NCBI GenBank assembly: GCA_040285825.1
Contig: JAUPSS010000003.1
Coordinates: 1,054,001-1,118,000, forward strand
Direction: 5' to 3'
Length of the DNA: 64,000 nt
From: Eukaryota sp. TZLM1-RC
Lineage: Eukaryota > Protista > Metamonada: BaSk clade
Of this stretch, positions 1 through 10,479 are shown in pieces (the first letter of the stretch is position 1; each line of letters starts with the position of its first letter). Both the position numbers and the translations under genes were made by a program. The notes below the pieces were generated by a model. The model saw only the letters and a program-made list of their open reading frames with translations. It did not search any database and had not been told where the DNA came from.

Positions 1-721
1 GTACAAATCCAAGCAGATATGGTTGACTATTTATTTGTTTATTTTATACGATTCGAAAAATAGGTATGCATTGCGAGCTTAGTGATGTATTCAGAAATTG
101 CTAAAGATTGTATTTACTGAGCAGAATCCACTCAACAAAAGTGAAGTTTAAACAGATTATTTACGTGCTCGTCAATTCTCTGATTACCATATTTTTCGAG
201 ATTTAAATCAAAAAATCTCTGGTTGTAGCAAGAACAAGTGGCTCAAAATGCTTGATGAAGTCAACACAGATGAAGAAAAAAGAACTTATAATGATTAACA
301 ATTATTGGCAAATGGACTGTCAACCTATCAAACAATTTGCGAAAATGAACAGAGAACCAATGTTCATGTTCATTGGCATCTATTTCCTGAAATGGAAGAA
401 TCAGAACCAGTTTATGTTGAAGTTTATTGATTTAGTGGTATGTGAGTTGCGTAAGCTTCTTGAGACGAGCAATGATTTTGTATCTAGTTTTAAATTTAGT
501 CAGTCTCTAATTAAAAAAACAAAGAATATCTGTTACCAATATCAGTAAAGCTTACAATCTTTTTTGCTGCTTCTCATCAAAATGATCCAAATTTCTGACA
601 AATATTAAGTTTTAGCATGTAATTCAATCCATAGACTCAATATTCTTGGCATTTGTATCACTTACTTAATTGCTGATAAATTGTATCGTTCGGTAAAAAA
701 AATTACAATTTTCAATGTTGA

Positions 722-1843
722 CTAATTTTGCCTTACTTTTATTAATTTAGAATTGATTTTAACGTGTGATAGAAAACAACAATTAAAAGTAACGAATGAA
801 ATAATCTTACTTGGATAATTGGGACAAGTTATTTCTAAATAAGATAAAAATGGTGGTAATTTTAAAAATTCAAAATCATTCTTTATATTCAAACTTAAAG
901 AGTAAATTAAAGAATCACAAAGATTTTCAATGGAAAAATGGTTCACAAAAATACTTTTCTTGCTTATTTGTTGGAAAAAATGTACTAAAGAAAGCAAAAG
1001 TTCATTAGAACAATAATCAAAGATAAAGCAGTAATTACCATTAGTGGAAATCGCATTTTCTATGTTGAACAAAGGCTTTACCACGATTCCTTCTTGACTA
1101 ATGATGAATTTGATCTTCCTATAGTCAGTGGAACTAAACCTGACAAATTTGATAACATTTAAATTGGGCAAAGATAAATTAAACATAAGATGAAGATGCT
1201 GATCAGAAAGTTCACATAAAATATTCAAATATTTGACACTCGTCAACTGAATGGATGAAGAGCTCACCAATGATGTCAACAAAAAATTACCAATACACAA
1301 TGTTTCGAGACAATGTAGAGAAAGAGTATTTAAAACCCTAATCCCCATTAAAGGACTCGAAGTCATTACATCAGACTCAAACTCCTTTAAACAAACAATT
1401 TGATTTTCAAGCCACAAAACGAACTGCTCAACTTCACCATGAGAAAGAAGGTTAGGGACAAAGAGGACAGTGTTGTGAGGAGAAAGGGAATAATTGAATG
1501 GAGGGTCTGTAGAATAAAAAACGGTAGAGATCTTATGAGCGATTGATCTTGGGGTGAGTGGGTGCTTCATATTAAAGGAAAGGGATGGGAAAAAAGAGGA
1601 TAATGTCAAAAGAGAAGGTATATTGACATTATTAAAAGAAAGGGTGGTTAAGGAACAACAATATGGAAGAATGGCTGATAAGGAAATCAGGGTAGAATTG
1701 TTGAGAGAAGTTAGATTAAGATGATAGAGGTTGGTGAATCGACGTTTGACCAGACGTTTGACTCTATAAGAAATTTCACAACATTTGAGAAGGCTTAGAA
1801 GTGATGAGTAGTTAAAGACACAATCAAGAACAGCTGAAAACAT
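722..1843 (-). CDS. Divergent leucine-rich-repeat-like protein; similar sequence appears to continue, frameshifted, toward position 1
   Basis: 373-aa ORF with recurring LxxLxL motifs (LYHLNL, LTTLSF, LETLCI, LPNLNVI, LSYLEI); no specific family recognised. Confidence 0.5.
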   Translation of the reverse strand: MFSAVLDCVFNYSSLLSLLKCCEISYRVKRLVKRRFTNLYHLNLTSLNNSTLISLSAILPYCCSLTTLSFNNVNIPSLLTLSSFFPSLSFNMKHPLTPRSIAHKISTVFYSTDPPFNYSLSPHNTVLFVPNLLSHGEVEQFVLWLENQIVCLKEFESDVMTSSPLMGIRVLNTLSLHCLETLCIGNFLLTSLVSSSSIQLTSVKYLNILCELSDQHLHLMFNLSLPNLNVIKFVRFSSTDYRKIKFIISQEGIVVKPLFNIENAISTNGNYCFIFDYCSNELLLSLVHFFQQISKKSIFVNHFSIENLCDSLIYSLSLNIKNDFEFLKLPPFLSYLEITCPNYPSKIISFVTFNCCFLSHVKINSKLIKVRQN

Positions 1844-2166
1844 AAGAGAAGTACATTAAAACAAAATAGTTGTTTTGGCAGATTGGTTCAATTGATTGAG
1901 TCTAATTAAAATCATCAAATTACTGATATTTCATATGTTTAAAATTCTTGATTTTGAAGAAATGGACTGTGACAGAAGCTCACAAAATATCGGGTTTGCC
2001 TTGTTCAATTATGATGTTGAACAATTGAAACCTTTACAAATTGTTCATTATTTATGGACTTTATCAGAAAAAAATTTCAAGATTTGTATTTTGTTCTTTC
2101 AATAAAAGTGGTGATATTTGATAAAACTATTTTTTACTTACATAATAAAATCTATATACAATAAAC

Positions 2167-2799
2167 CTATCGAGTCAACATTAAAGAACGTCGTTGAGCA
2201 GCCAATTGAAGTTTAAGATCAATTAATCTTCTCTTTTCTGCGATAGCAAGAGCACGTTTACGACGAATCTTAGATAGGCGTTGTGAACTTACCTTAGCCT
2301 TTTCAATGACAATTTTTAAACTCCTTGACCGTTGTTCAGCAGCTTGGCTTAGTCTATTTTGAATTTGTACAAGAGTAACTTTCTGGGGTTTAGTTATTCT
2401 TCGAGAAAACAATCTGGCTTTCTGTTGGCGTTGAGAGAGAAGAAAAGAGCGACGTTGGACAGCTTCCTCAAGTTTATTAGAGATTTGTTTGACTGGTTTG
2501 GGTTTGGTCTCTACAAAAGCTTTTTGTTGTTTTTCAAGCAGATAATGTTGTCTATTTCGGGCAGCCCGTTCTTGTTTTTCTCGAGTAAATGCATCTGTTT
2601 CAATCAAGTGTTGACAATGTTGAGTAATTCTTCTAGAGCGAGCAGCTTCAACCTTTTGGGCTTGTAGAGCAGCTTTCCGAGCAACATTCGAGAGAAAAGC
2701 ATTTCGATTGCGCTCATATCGTTCAAGCTTATCAGTAATGACTTGGTGAGAAATGGAACGATCTAGAACTGTGTTTAGCATGATTTCAAAAGGAGACAT
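2167..2799 (-). CDS. Basic coiled-coil repeat protein of unknown function
   Basis: Repeated K/R-L-x-x-A-x-x-R-R units; likely ATG at 2799. Confidence 0.6.
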   Translation of the reverse strand: MSPFEIMLNTVLDRSISHQVITDKLERYERNRNAFLSNVARKAALQAQKVEAARSRRITQHCQHLIETDAFTREKQERAARNRQHYLLEKQQKAFVETKPKPVKQISNKLEEAVQRRSFLLSQRQQKARLFSRRITKPQKVTLVQIQNRLSQAAEQRSRSLKIVIEKAKVSSQRLSKIRRKRALAIAEKRRLIDLKLQLAAQRRSLMLTR

Positions 2800-3184
2800 T
2801 CTGTGAGAAAGAATCATGATAAGAGACACTCTATAATCGCTTAAAAGAGGTCGACATGTGACAAGAGAGAATGTAATGACATGACAAAACAAACATGATA
2901 CCAAAAGTATTGAGTGAGAACTTAACTAATCAGTACAAGAGGCCATCAGAGAACCAAGTGATGCAACTGCTGTAATAGTCCCATTTATTAGGTTGAAACT
3001 CAGTTACCTCATAAACAACAAGAGTCCTGAGCAGATTGTGTTGTGCTTGTATCTCCATTCCACTACGGGGTTTGTTCAATGGAATGTTGTGACTCATTGA
3101 AAGTAGAGCGTCAATGAAATCCACCTCAGGAGCGAACTGCGTAAGGTTACACCAAGAAGTGACCATACAAAACCCTGATTTTAA

Positions 3185-3347
3185 CACCAACAGAATAACA
3201 GTTGTTGACATAAAAAAATTACTGTGACCCACCCCAGTCCAAGTGGAGATGAGGGGGCTGTTCTACCACTGTCTCACCACAGTGCAATGGTGGAGGATAG
3301 AACAGAAGTACACATTCATGAGCGTGTACAAGCCACAAAGGTATGTT
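3185..3347 (-). ncRNA. U1: U1 snRNA with variant 5' end AACAUACCUUUG
   Basis: Minus strand shows helix H UGUGGC/GUCACA, stem I GUACAC/GUGUAC with loop GCUCAUGAAU (U1-70K-site-like), stem II CUGUUCUA/UAGAACAG with loop CCAUUGCACU (U1A site), stem III, Sm site AAUUUUUUUAUG and terminal stem IV; same upstream element as U2. Confidence 0.92.
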
Positions 3348-3368
3348 AAAGATTTTTTAATTTATCGA

Positions 3369-3394
3369 AATTTGAATCCCATCACTAGTGAAGT
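3369..3394 (-). promoter_or_regulatory. snRNA upstream (PSE/USE-like) element of U1
   Basis: ACTTCACTAGTGATGGGATTCAAATT, 24/26 identical to the element upstream of U2, about 47 nt before the start. Confidence 0.85.
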
Positions 3395-3674
3395 GTCTAT
3401 TTAATCACAATTTGCTTGAATATGGTTTGATACTTTCTTCTGGTGATATACACTTCAGTTTTGTTTTTCCCTGTTTGTCATAAACACTGTGCACCAAAAC
3501 AAGATATTAAATCTAATAAAGATGAAGTTAATTTAATTTATCAAAATTCACATAAGATATAACAATAAAAAAATGTACACATCACAAACAACAAACGAAT
3601 TTTCCAAAAAAAATATTAGTCAATATTCAAACAAGTTTGCCTGCCTATGGCAAACTGAAAGGACAACCATCAAC

Positions 3675-4652
3675 TCACTCATTACAGACTTGATCACCAG
3701 TGCTCCAAACACAAGTCTCTATTACCTTACCTTCATCTTGAAAAGACCTCCTCAAAACTCGGGAAAGACAGTCTTTGTCATTCTGACGAGATGTTTCAAA
3801 CTCATAAATCAAATAAGAAGGACAATGATTCATGAAGGCCAAAGTGGAACTACCAGAATCACAAACAAGAGTATCTGAGTAAGTAAATGGTTTTGAAATT
3901 AAAGGTTTATGGGTATGGCCATGAATAACATAGTCAGAAACCAGTTTTGATGAGGAAAACACACCACTTTCATCTTGGCCTGACACGAACTGCTCAAATG
4001 CTGCTTCTTCCAACAAGGCATGCGTTGGCAAAGTCCTACGTGTTGGGGAATGATGTAGACATGTCATTAAAGGAGTTGAATCATCTCTATTTGCCAGTTG
4101 CTTTCTAGCCAATAAACGCTGGTTGTAATCTACTTTTCCCCTTGCTGAAGTGGGTAATATTTGTCCAAATGAGGAGTTTAGCAACAAAACATCCAAAGGT
4201 CCTAATGACAGTACTCTTGGAAACTCTGGGGGCATAAAAGGTCTCATTATCTCATAATTTTTGTAGGAACTAAAACTATACACAAGGTCATCATGGTTAC
4301 CAGGACAACACCATATTTGATTGTTAGATTTCACTGGATAAGCATCATCCTCTATTCTCGGTAGAGGAGTATTATCAACATAAAAAGGACTTGAAAGAAG
4401 AGCATCTCGACACAATGTAAACTCCTCCCTAGTACCTAAACAAGTCAGGTCCCCAGTTATGAGTACATTGTCAGTACCTTCGTTGTGGGCATCCCTCAGC
4501 ATGTCAGGAAATAATGCAGTGTCAAAGACTCTATTGGAAGCAAATTTTCCATTAATTAAGGAAGGTAAGCGCTTGGTGAAGACATCTACAACACGAAAGT
4601 CCTTACTACTAAAGAAATGAAGGTCAGAGAACTGAGCAACACGGTAAGTCAT
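3675..4652 (-). CDS. Calcineurin-like metallophosphoesterase (CpdA/Icc-like)
   Basis: Motifs SDLH, ITGDL, PGNHD, LHH, HGHTH in order; likely start MTYRVAQFSDLH. Confidence 0.88.
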   Translation of the reverse strand: MTYRVAQFSDLHFFSSKDFRVVDVFTKRLPSLINGKFASNRVFDTALFPDMLRDAHNEGTDNVLITGDLTCLGTREEFTLCRDALLSSPFYVDNTPLPRIEDDAYPVKSNNQIWCCPGNHDDLVYSFSSYKNYEIMRPFMPPEFPRVLSLGPLDVLLLNSSFGQILPTSARGKVDYNQRLLARKQLANRDDSTPLMTCLHHSPTRRTLPTHALLEEAAFEQFVSGQDESGVFSSSKLVSDYVIHGHTHKPLISKPFTYSDTLVCDSGSSTLAFMNHCPSYLIYEFETSRQNDKDCLSRVLRRSFQDEGKVIETCVWSTGDQVCNE

Positions 4653-5183
4653 GAAGTTGAAATTAATGAGGTTAATTTTGTATAATTTAATATTTTGTTC
4701 CAATTGCACCAATTGTACTATCATTAGACATTGTTTTGCTTCTTCTCTTGTGGACAAAGAAGTAAGTTCACTGTTCATCAAATCTACATATTGAATTGTT
4801 ACAGGGAAGGTTGAAGTCTAACTGTTGTCTAGAATACAGATTTAAACAAGTTTTATTTTGTAATCTGGCTTCAATAGTTTTGATTCACAGGAAGATATTT
4901 ACAACCAATATTGTTCTTTCAAAACGTTTTCTTGCTAAAAGGAAAGGAGACAATAACAAATTGGGCACTAAATACAACCTACTTTCAATAATTTGCTTGA
5001 CATCTAATTATTTTACTAATCTGTCCGGTTTGACTGCCACCTTTAAAACAATTGTTCCGTTTTAACATTTGAGAAAATATTAAAGCGTCAAAATTCATTA
5101 ATTTCAATGAGTCTAGAAGTTAAAAATACTGTATCATTAATTTAGATACACTATTTCTGATTTTATTATATTCTGATAAATTG

Positions 5184-5209
5184 ACTTCACTAGTGATAGG
5201 GTTCAAATT
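5184..5209 (+). promoter_or_regulatory. snRNA upstream (PSE/USE-like) element of U2
   Basis: ACTTCACTAGTGATAGGGTTCAAATT about 48 nt before the U2 start; shared with U1. Confidence 0.85.
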
Positions 5210-5231
5210 GGGAAAGAAATCTTTTTCCTTT

Positions 5232-5381
5232 AGTCTTCGCCTATATGGCTTAGATCAAGTGTAGTATCTGTTCTTATCAGTTTGACAGCTGATACGTCCT
5301 CTTCGGAGGGCTTTCTGTCATCGTATTTGTCTCCACCTTCAATGCTCCCGGCCTTACACCTTTGCTGGGTTGCGTTGTTGG
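5232..5381 (+). ncRNA. U2: U2 snRNA
   Basis: TGGCTTAGATCAAGTGTAGTATCTGTTCTTATCAG; branch-recognition GUAGUA at 5261-5266; stem IIa TATCAG/CTGATA with loop TGACAG complementary to downstream CTGTCA (IIc); stem IIb CCTC-TTCG-GAGG; terminal hairpin. Confidence 0.96.
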
Positions 5382-5736
5382 TTCTATTTTAACAACTGTT
5401 TGGGTCATCTATGTAGATTTCAACTCACCTTTCCCAATGCAGATATGGTAGTTTATCGTGACCTTATTTCGCTGTTGGGTATTCGCTACAGTGTGGAGTG
5501 GACACGGTCCAGTTTTGTACCAGTGACCAGTTATATACCCATATGTCCTTTATACGACATAATTTTCAAACTTACGTCTTTAGACTACCACTTGTTGCAG
5601 TCCACTGACACAGTTATTTACATCACTAAAGTTCTATTTGGTTTATTTTAACAACTATTTGGTCCATGTTTATGGTATTTTAAACCACGTACTCCGGTCT
5701 GAATATATTAGCGTCTTAGGTCCTTCTTCAATGTGT

Positions 5737-7473
5737 TATATATATTTTTTATAAATTGAAATTGATTTTCAACGCTAACAAAACATTAAACAAAAAACTA
5801 GAACTCAATATCCTCAATACACGCATCGACATCATCAAATCTTTTAAGCGCACGATTTTCATACTCTATTCCTAATTGTAATAGTGCTTTGGTCCAAATT
5901 TCTGGAATTGCTTTAAGAATACTAAAACCAATTCTATTGTGCCAGAAATTGAAGTTCAACTCTTTTCCTGCTCTTTCTTTTATTAAACTTCTGAAACCTT
6001 CGAGAAATTTAATGCCAGATATTTCAATGTTACCAAAAAGAGAAACAGCAAATGGAATCAACTGATACTTGACATGCTCAACACGTCCTAACTGAGATAA
6101 GGGTTCATTGTACTTTTTGATTTTGCTCTTTTCAGCAAAGCAAAGTGGAGTTTCATCTCTTTTAGAAAAGTCAATTGCTGAGTCTTTACAAAAATCAACA
6201 GTGACAACATCAACAACTTTAATAACACCATCAGACGCAGGGGTAATTAAATCAGCACGGCGTTTCCCAAAAGTATTTTCATCTTCATTTTCAGATGACA
6301 ACCTTCGCACAAGTGGTTCAACAAAAGCTTCAATGTGATGACTTTTGCACATAGCATATAGTTGGTCTCTAACAGCATCGTGAACAACTGAGCGATATGT
6401 AATATTAAATTTGCAATTAAATAAATGATTCAGATTAATGAGCTGACCACAACGACAAATCAAATCATTTGGCACACTACATGGCCACAGAAAACACCTC
6501 ATCCTGAAAGCAGTTGTCCATTGATGATCATTTAATAATAGACCATATACATTTGGAATCTGGGAAATAAGACAACTTGAGCTACTATCCTTGAGGTCAA
6601 TTAAAAAGTTTGCAAAAACGGGATTCTTTTCTTTAGCCAAGCTAAGACGAACACTGAAACCCAAGTTTTCAAAAACTTTTAATATCTTTTTCTGCAATTT
6701 AGCATATGCAAATTTCAAGGAAATCAAACTCCTGGGTGGAATTTCTTGAATATCAGCAGAAAAGCATTTGGACCATATGTGAGGAGAGATGCATTCAATT
6801 TCACTCTGCAAGGACACTAAATAGTCACTAACACAACATTCTATTAAATGCTGGTTTTCAGGAAAACGTTTCAAAAATTCAAAGACAAAATTTTTTCCTC
6901 CACCGATGAATGCGGCTTTACACAAATATTTTGATTTGTGAAAATCCAGGCCTCCCAATTCTGTGCTACAAAAAATATGACTACGTAAAAAAGAAGAATC
7001 AATATCGAGCAAATTAGCCAAACATTTTGTTCTTAATTCATTAAAAATTCTGCAAAATTCTTCTTCAAAATTATCCAAAAGAGAGGAAAGTTGATTTCGA
7101 ATTTCATCAAAATTGCCTAAATAACAACCTAAAAAACGAAATCCTGATTCAAAATAATTGATAAAAGGAACACTTTGATCATCAATAATGAGATCAGCAG
7201 GCTCTCTACCAATCAATAAACATTTGGAAATATTTAGAGAAAGACCAATTTGATAATAGCGCTGTTGAACAATTTCAGCAATTGTTCTCAATGAATCAAT
7301 TGGACCAATTGTTGATATGTCATCCATCTAAGCAGTTATATGAACATCTGGAAATTCTTGTTTTAATTCACACATTAAAGGATGGATAGCAAGGCAGAAA
7401 AAGAAAGGACCTAATGGATCACCTTGTTTGACACCAGATGATGATATTAGATTGAATTCTTCATAAACAAGAG
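5737..7473 (-). mobile_element. 5'-truncated CRE-like non-LTR retrotransposon, family A (C-terminus EDIEF)
   Basis: GVKQGDPLGP, (stop)MDD, CxC..H..C knuckle, HDAVRD..EP..RADL..D endonuclease; A/TA tail; 10-bp TSD TTCAATGTGT at 5727-5736 and 7474-7483. Confidence 0.9.
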
Positions 7474-8002
7474 TTCAATGTGTGCTCAATGGTTTCTTTA
7501 AACGTAAGTTATTTTTGCGAGTGTTTTCCATACAGAACTCCACTCTCTTCGATATTACTATGTGGGACACAAACCTCAAAACTTTTGTTGCTATTTTAAC
7601 TTTCCCCACTTATCATTGTATATGAACTCCATTCTGGTTCCTCATCATTCAACTATTTTCAGCAACCAACAACGTTTTACTCATGTGTATATATCTTTAT
7701 AACAAAATATGTCGGATAGCTATTGGTGGAGCCAAGGGGTCTATGTAGAGGGAGTACCACTTCATCACAGCCTTGGATATTGATGTTTGTTTGTCTAACA
7801 TTGTATTGTTAACCCAAACATCAACATTTTTTGTGTATATTGATTGTTGTTAAAACTTGATGTTTGTTGGACAATGTTAATCATATTTTTTAAAACAATT
7901 CAAAATCGTGTTTATTGTCAAAACACAATAAATCAATGTTTTAAAACAAGATGAAAACAAAATCATTTACACTAAACAAAGAAAATGACCACCACTACTT
8001 GA

Positions 8003-9703
8003 TTACTTACTGAAAGAGTCAATCAGCTGTACTGGTGTAATCAAATCAGTTGTGCCGATAGTTCCCTTCATTCTTTTTGACTTACAAAACTCAAGCAAAG
8101 CATGGTACTCCAAAACCGAACACCCCCCAACTATAACCAGGATAACCTCATCAAAGGTTCTAGACCTAGGAGGAGCATTGGGAGGAAGCTTTGGATCAAA
8201 CTGAACCATAGAATGATCTGGTACTGGAGACAGAAAAGAATTGAATATCTGAACAATTGGGAGTTGCCTAAATCTGTCAAGACCTGGGATATTGGCCACA
8301 GCCATTGAAGACATCATTTTCAATCCTTTTTGGGCTAAATTGAGTAAGGAAGCCGAACTTGGTGTAGAAGGAGGACTGTCTGAAGACATAAAAGACTTTA
8401 AATCTTTGATAAATTCTACAAGTTTCGGATTGCAATCCAGATTGTTTTGTATTTCAGTTACCTCATCATGTGAAACATTTGCAACAAAATAGTAAATTAT
8501 AAATAACCTGATTCTGTCGCTCTTATTGCCAAAGACTTCTGTCGACTCATGACTTGACATCAAAAGGTTTTTGACCTTCTCACGTAACCCACGACTGATA
8601 TGAGCACCCTTTAAAGCAATCAACTCCTTTTCCACCTCAATAAATACATCAAGGTTCCTGTCCTGAAGTTCTTTCAAGATACAATGCCCCAAAGTCGTGT
8701 GGGCGTCAATTGAGTCCTTGACTCTAGTTAACTCACCCAACTTTCCAACAACTTTACTCAACTCTGCAAGCTTTCCCTCTTCTTCTTGTTCGTGTCTCTT
8801 TGATTGGAGTTGATAGTCATTAAGAGCATGTTCCACTGCATCAGTCACTTCAGGTAATTCTTTGTGAGAGTTTGAGTTGAACAGGGGATCAGAATCATCT
8901 AGAACAATCATTTTTGATTGGTTTTGTGAGCTTGTATACTCCACTTTGTTAACTTCATGCATCTTGACCACCCCATTGTCCACCAGTTCCATAATTAAAG
9001 CATGGTAGACCCAAGAATGAAGCAATGGAGTGAGGGGGTCTGCTGCTCTGTCGACCAGAACCATCAATGGTCGGGAAAGAGAAGTTCGCGAGGAAGAGTG
9101 TTCGCGAAGAAGAGAGTCAAGTTGAGTGGCAATGTCAAATGACACCGAACCTGAAATAGTTCGAATGATGGGTGTTTGATTGAGAGAGTGGCAAAGGTGA
9201 AGAAGAGAAGATGAAATGGTGTTGATTTCGGGAGAGTTTTTGTCTGTGATAGCATTGAGTTTTTGGAAAGCGTTTGGGAACAGAAGAGTAAAGAAACTGG
9301 GCTGGATGGCAAGGTAGTGTAGATAGCAGTCACGAACAGCTAGCACCTTTGAAGGGTATGGTATTGCTGAGGCAAGCTGTTCTAGAAAAGTTGATGTAGT
9401 AGGAGAAGTGAAAACGAAATAAACTGATTCATAAAGATTGTTTTTAAAGTCCTGGGAGATGCGTTGTATGTTTTCGGCAGTTGGAAGAAGGAGATAGACT
9501 GCAGGAACAGAGGGAATAGGTTGGCGTTTTTGAGTCAAGTCTAGAAATAAAGTAAAGCCCATTTCATAGAGACAAGATTGTTTGAAAAGGGTTGAAACAA
9601 GAGAATAGCCATGAGAATCAAGAATGAGAAGTTTAAACGGAGATGGTTCATCTGGGAAGGTGAGTACTTCCCTGAGAATTGAACGTTGTGTATCCTTGAC
9701 CAT
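8003..9703 (-). CDS. SLY1: Sec1/Munc18-family protein Sly1
   Basis: FKLLILD, RQPIPSVPAVY..PT.ENIQRI.QD...LYES, RPLMVLVDR..D..TPLLHSW.YHAL, IVGGCSVLEY. Confidence 0.92.
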   Translation of the reverse strand: MVKDTQRSILREVLTFPDEPSPFKLLILDSHGYSLVSTLFKQSCLYEMGFTLFLDLTQKRQPIPSVPAVYLLLPTAENIQRISQDFKNNLYESVYFVFTSPTTSTFLEQLASAIPYPSKVLAVRDCYLHYLAIQPSFFTLLFPNAFQKLNAITDKNSPEINTISSSLLHLCHSLNQTPIIRTISGSVSFDIATQLDSLLREHSSSRTSLSRPLMVLVDRAADPLTPLLHSWVYHALIMELVDNGVVKMHEVNKVEYTSSQNQSKMIVLDDSDPLFNSNSHKELPEVTDAVEHALNDYQLQSKRHEQEEEGKLAELSKVVGKLGELTRVKDSIDAHTTLGHCILKELQDRNLDVFIEVEKELIALKGAHISRGLREKVKNLLMSSHESTEVFGNKSDRIRLFIIYYFVANVSHDEVTEIQNNLDCNPKLVEFIKDLKSFMSSDSPPSTPSSASLLNLAQKGLKMMSSMAVANIPGLDRFRQLPIVQIFNSFLSPVPDHSMVQFDPKLPPNAPPRSRTFDEVILVIVGGCSVLEYHALLEFCKSKRMKGTIGTTDLITPVQLIDSFSK

Positions 9704-9784
9704 GCTAAGAGACAAACGCAAACAGCAATTGGGTGAATAGATACCAAATTACAATATTCAATTTTCTCAAATAGTACTACAACT

Positions 9785-9913
9785 TAGGGGTGTCCAGGTT
9801 CGGTTTTGGTTCCAAACCAAAACCACTTTTTTCGAAACCGGGCTGAACCAAAACCGACTGTACTGAAACCACGCTGGAACCAAAACCGCCGGTTCCGAAA
9901 CTGGAAAACCGCC
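9785..9913 (+). mobile_element. hAT-type DNA transposon terminus with AAACC(G)/CGGTT subterminal repeats
   Basis: TAGGGGTGTCCAGG start followed by about ten AAACC/GGTT motifs in both orientations, GC-rich in an AT-rich context; partner end not found in window. Confidence 0.65.
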
Positions 9914-10095
9914 AGCTAAAATTTTCATCAATTTTTATTTTTTTCAATTTATAAATGATTATATTAATGATAATATCAAAATATCTCCTTTCCATATGGA
10001 CAATGATCCACTTGATTTGTTTGCCAATATGGATGCATTCGATTTGTCTTCAATTCACAGTAGTTGTAGTACAACTGCTGTGAAATTCACTCCTG

Positions 10096-10287
10096 TTTTC
10101 AACTTTCTCAATGTCTACCCACAGGCTATAAGAGACATGTAGCGTCTTTCGATAAAGACAATCATGATCTTCATCAATGGGCTACCTCACTTAAATACAC
10201 ATACTGCTTTCACAGAACAAAGCCTCGCGACTTGATGGAAATAAGTAGATCTACCAAATGCTACTAAGGTATTTGTAGATCAGTCTC
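10096..10287 (-). ncRNA. Candidate Fanzor omega-RNA scaffold
   Basis: Dense hairpins GATCTAC/GTAGATC, GCTTT/AAAGC, GTAGC/GCTAC, TGAT/ATCA, GTCTTT/AAAGAC, ATGTCT/AGACAT, plus possible pseudoknot CCCAT/GTGGG, directly 3' of a Fanzor ORF remnant. Confidence 0.5.
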
Positions 10288-10479
10288 AAAAATTTTTCAA
10301 AAAAATAAAAAAAAAACAAATAAAAAACTCAAAATAAAATATCAGTTCTTCCAAAGTTTTTGTTTCTGTATGCTCAAATTCTTCATTCATCTCTTCAACA
10401 GAGTATCTGGGCAAATGTATCTTTACGGCCACAATTACACTTTCTTCTTTATTTGAATATTTTTTGCAGCGGAAATATC

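Noticed and set aside
5232-7473. U2-targeting (Utopia-like) behaviour of the adjacent LINE
   Set aside because: The insertion is about 350 bp downstream of an intact U2 and its TSD has no U2 sequence
9777-9995. 72-aa ORF
   Set aside because: Translation artefact of hAT subterminal repeats
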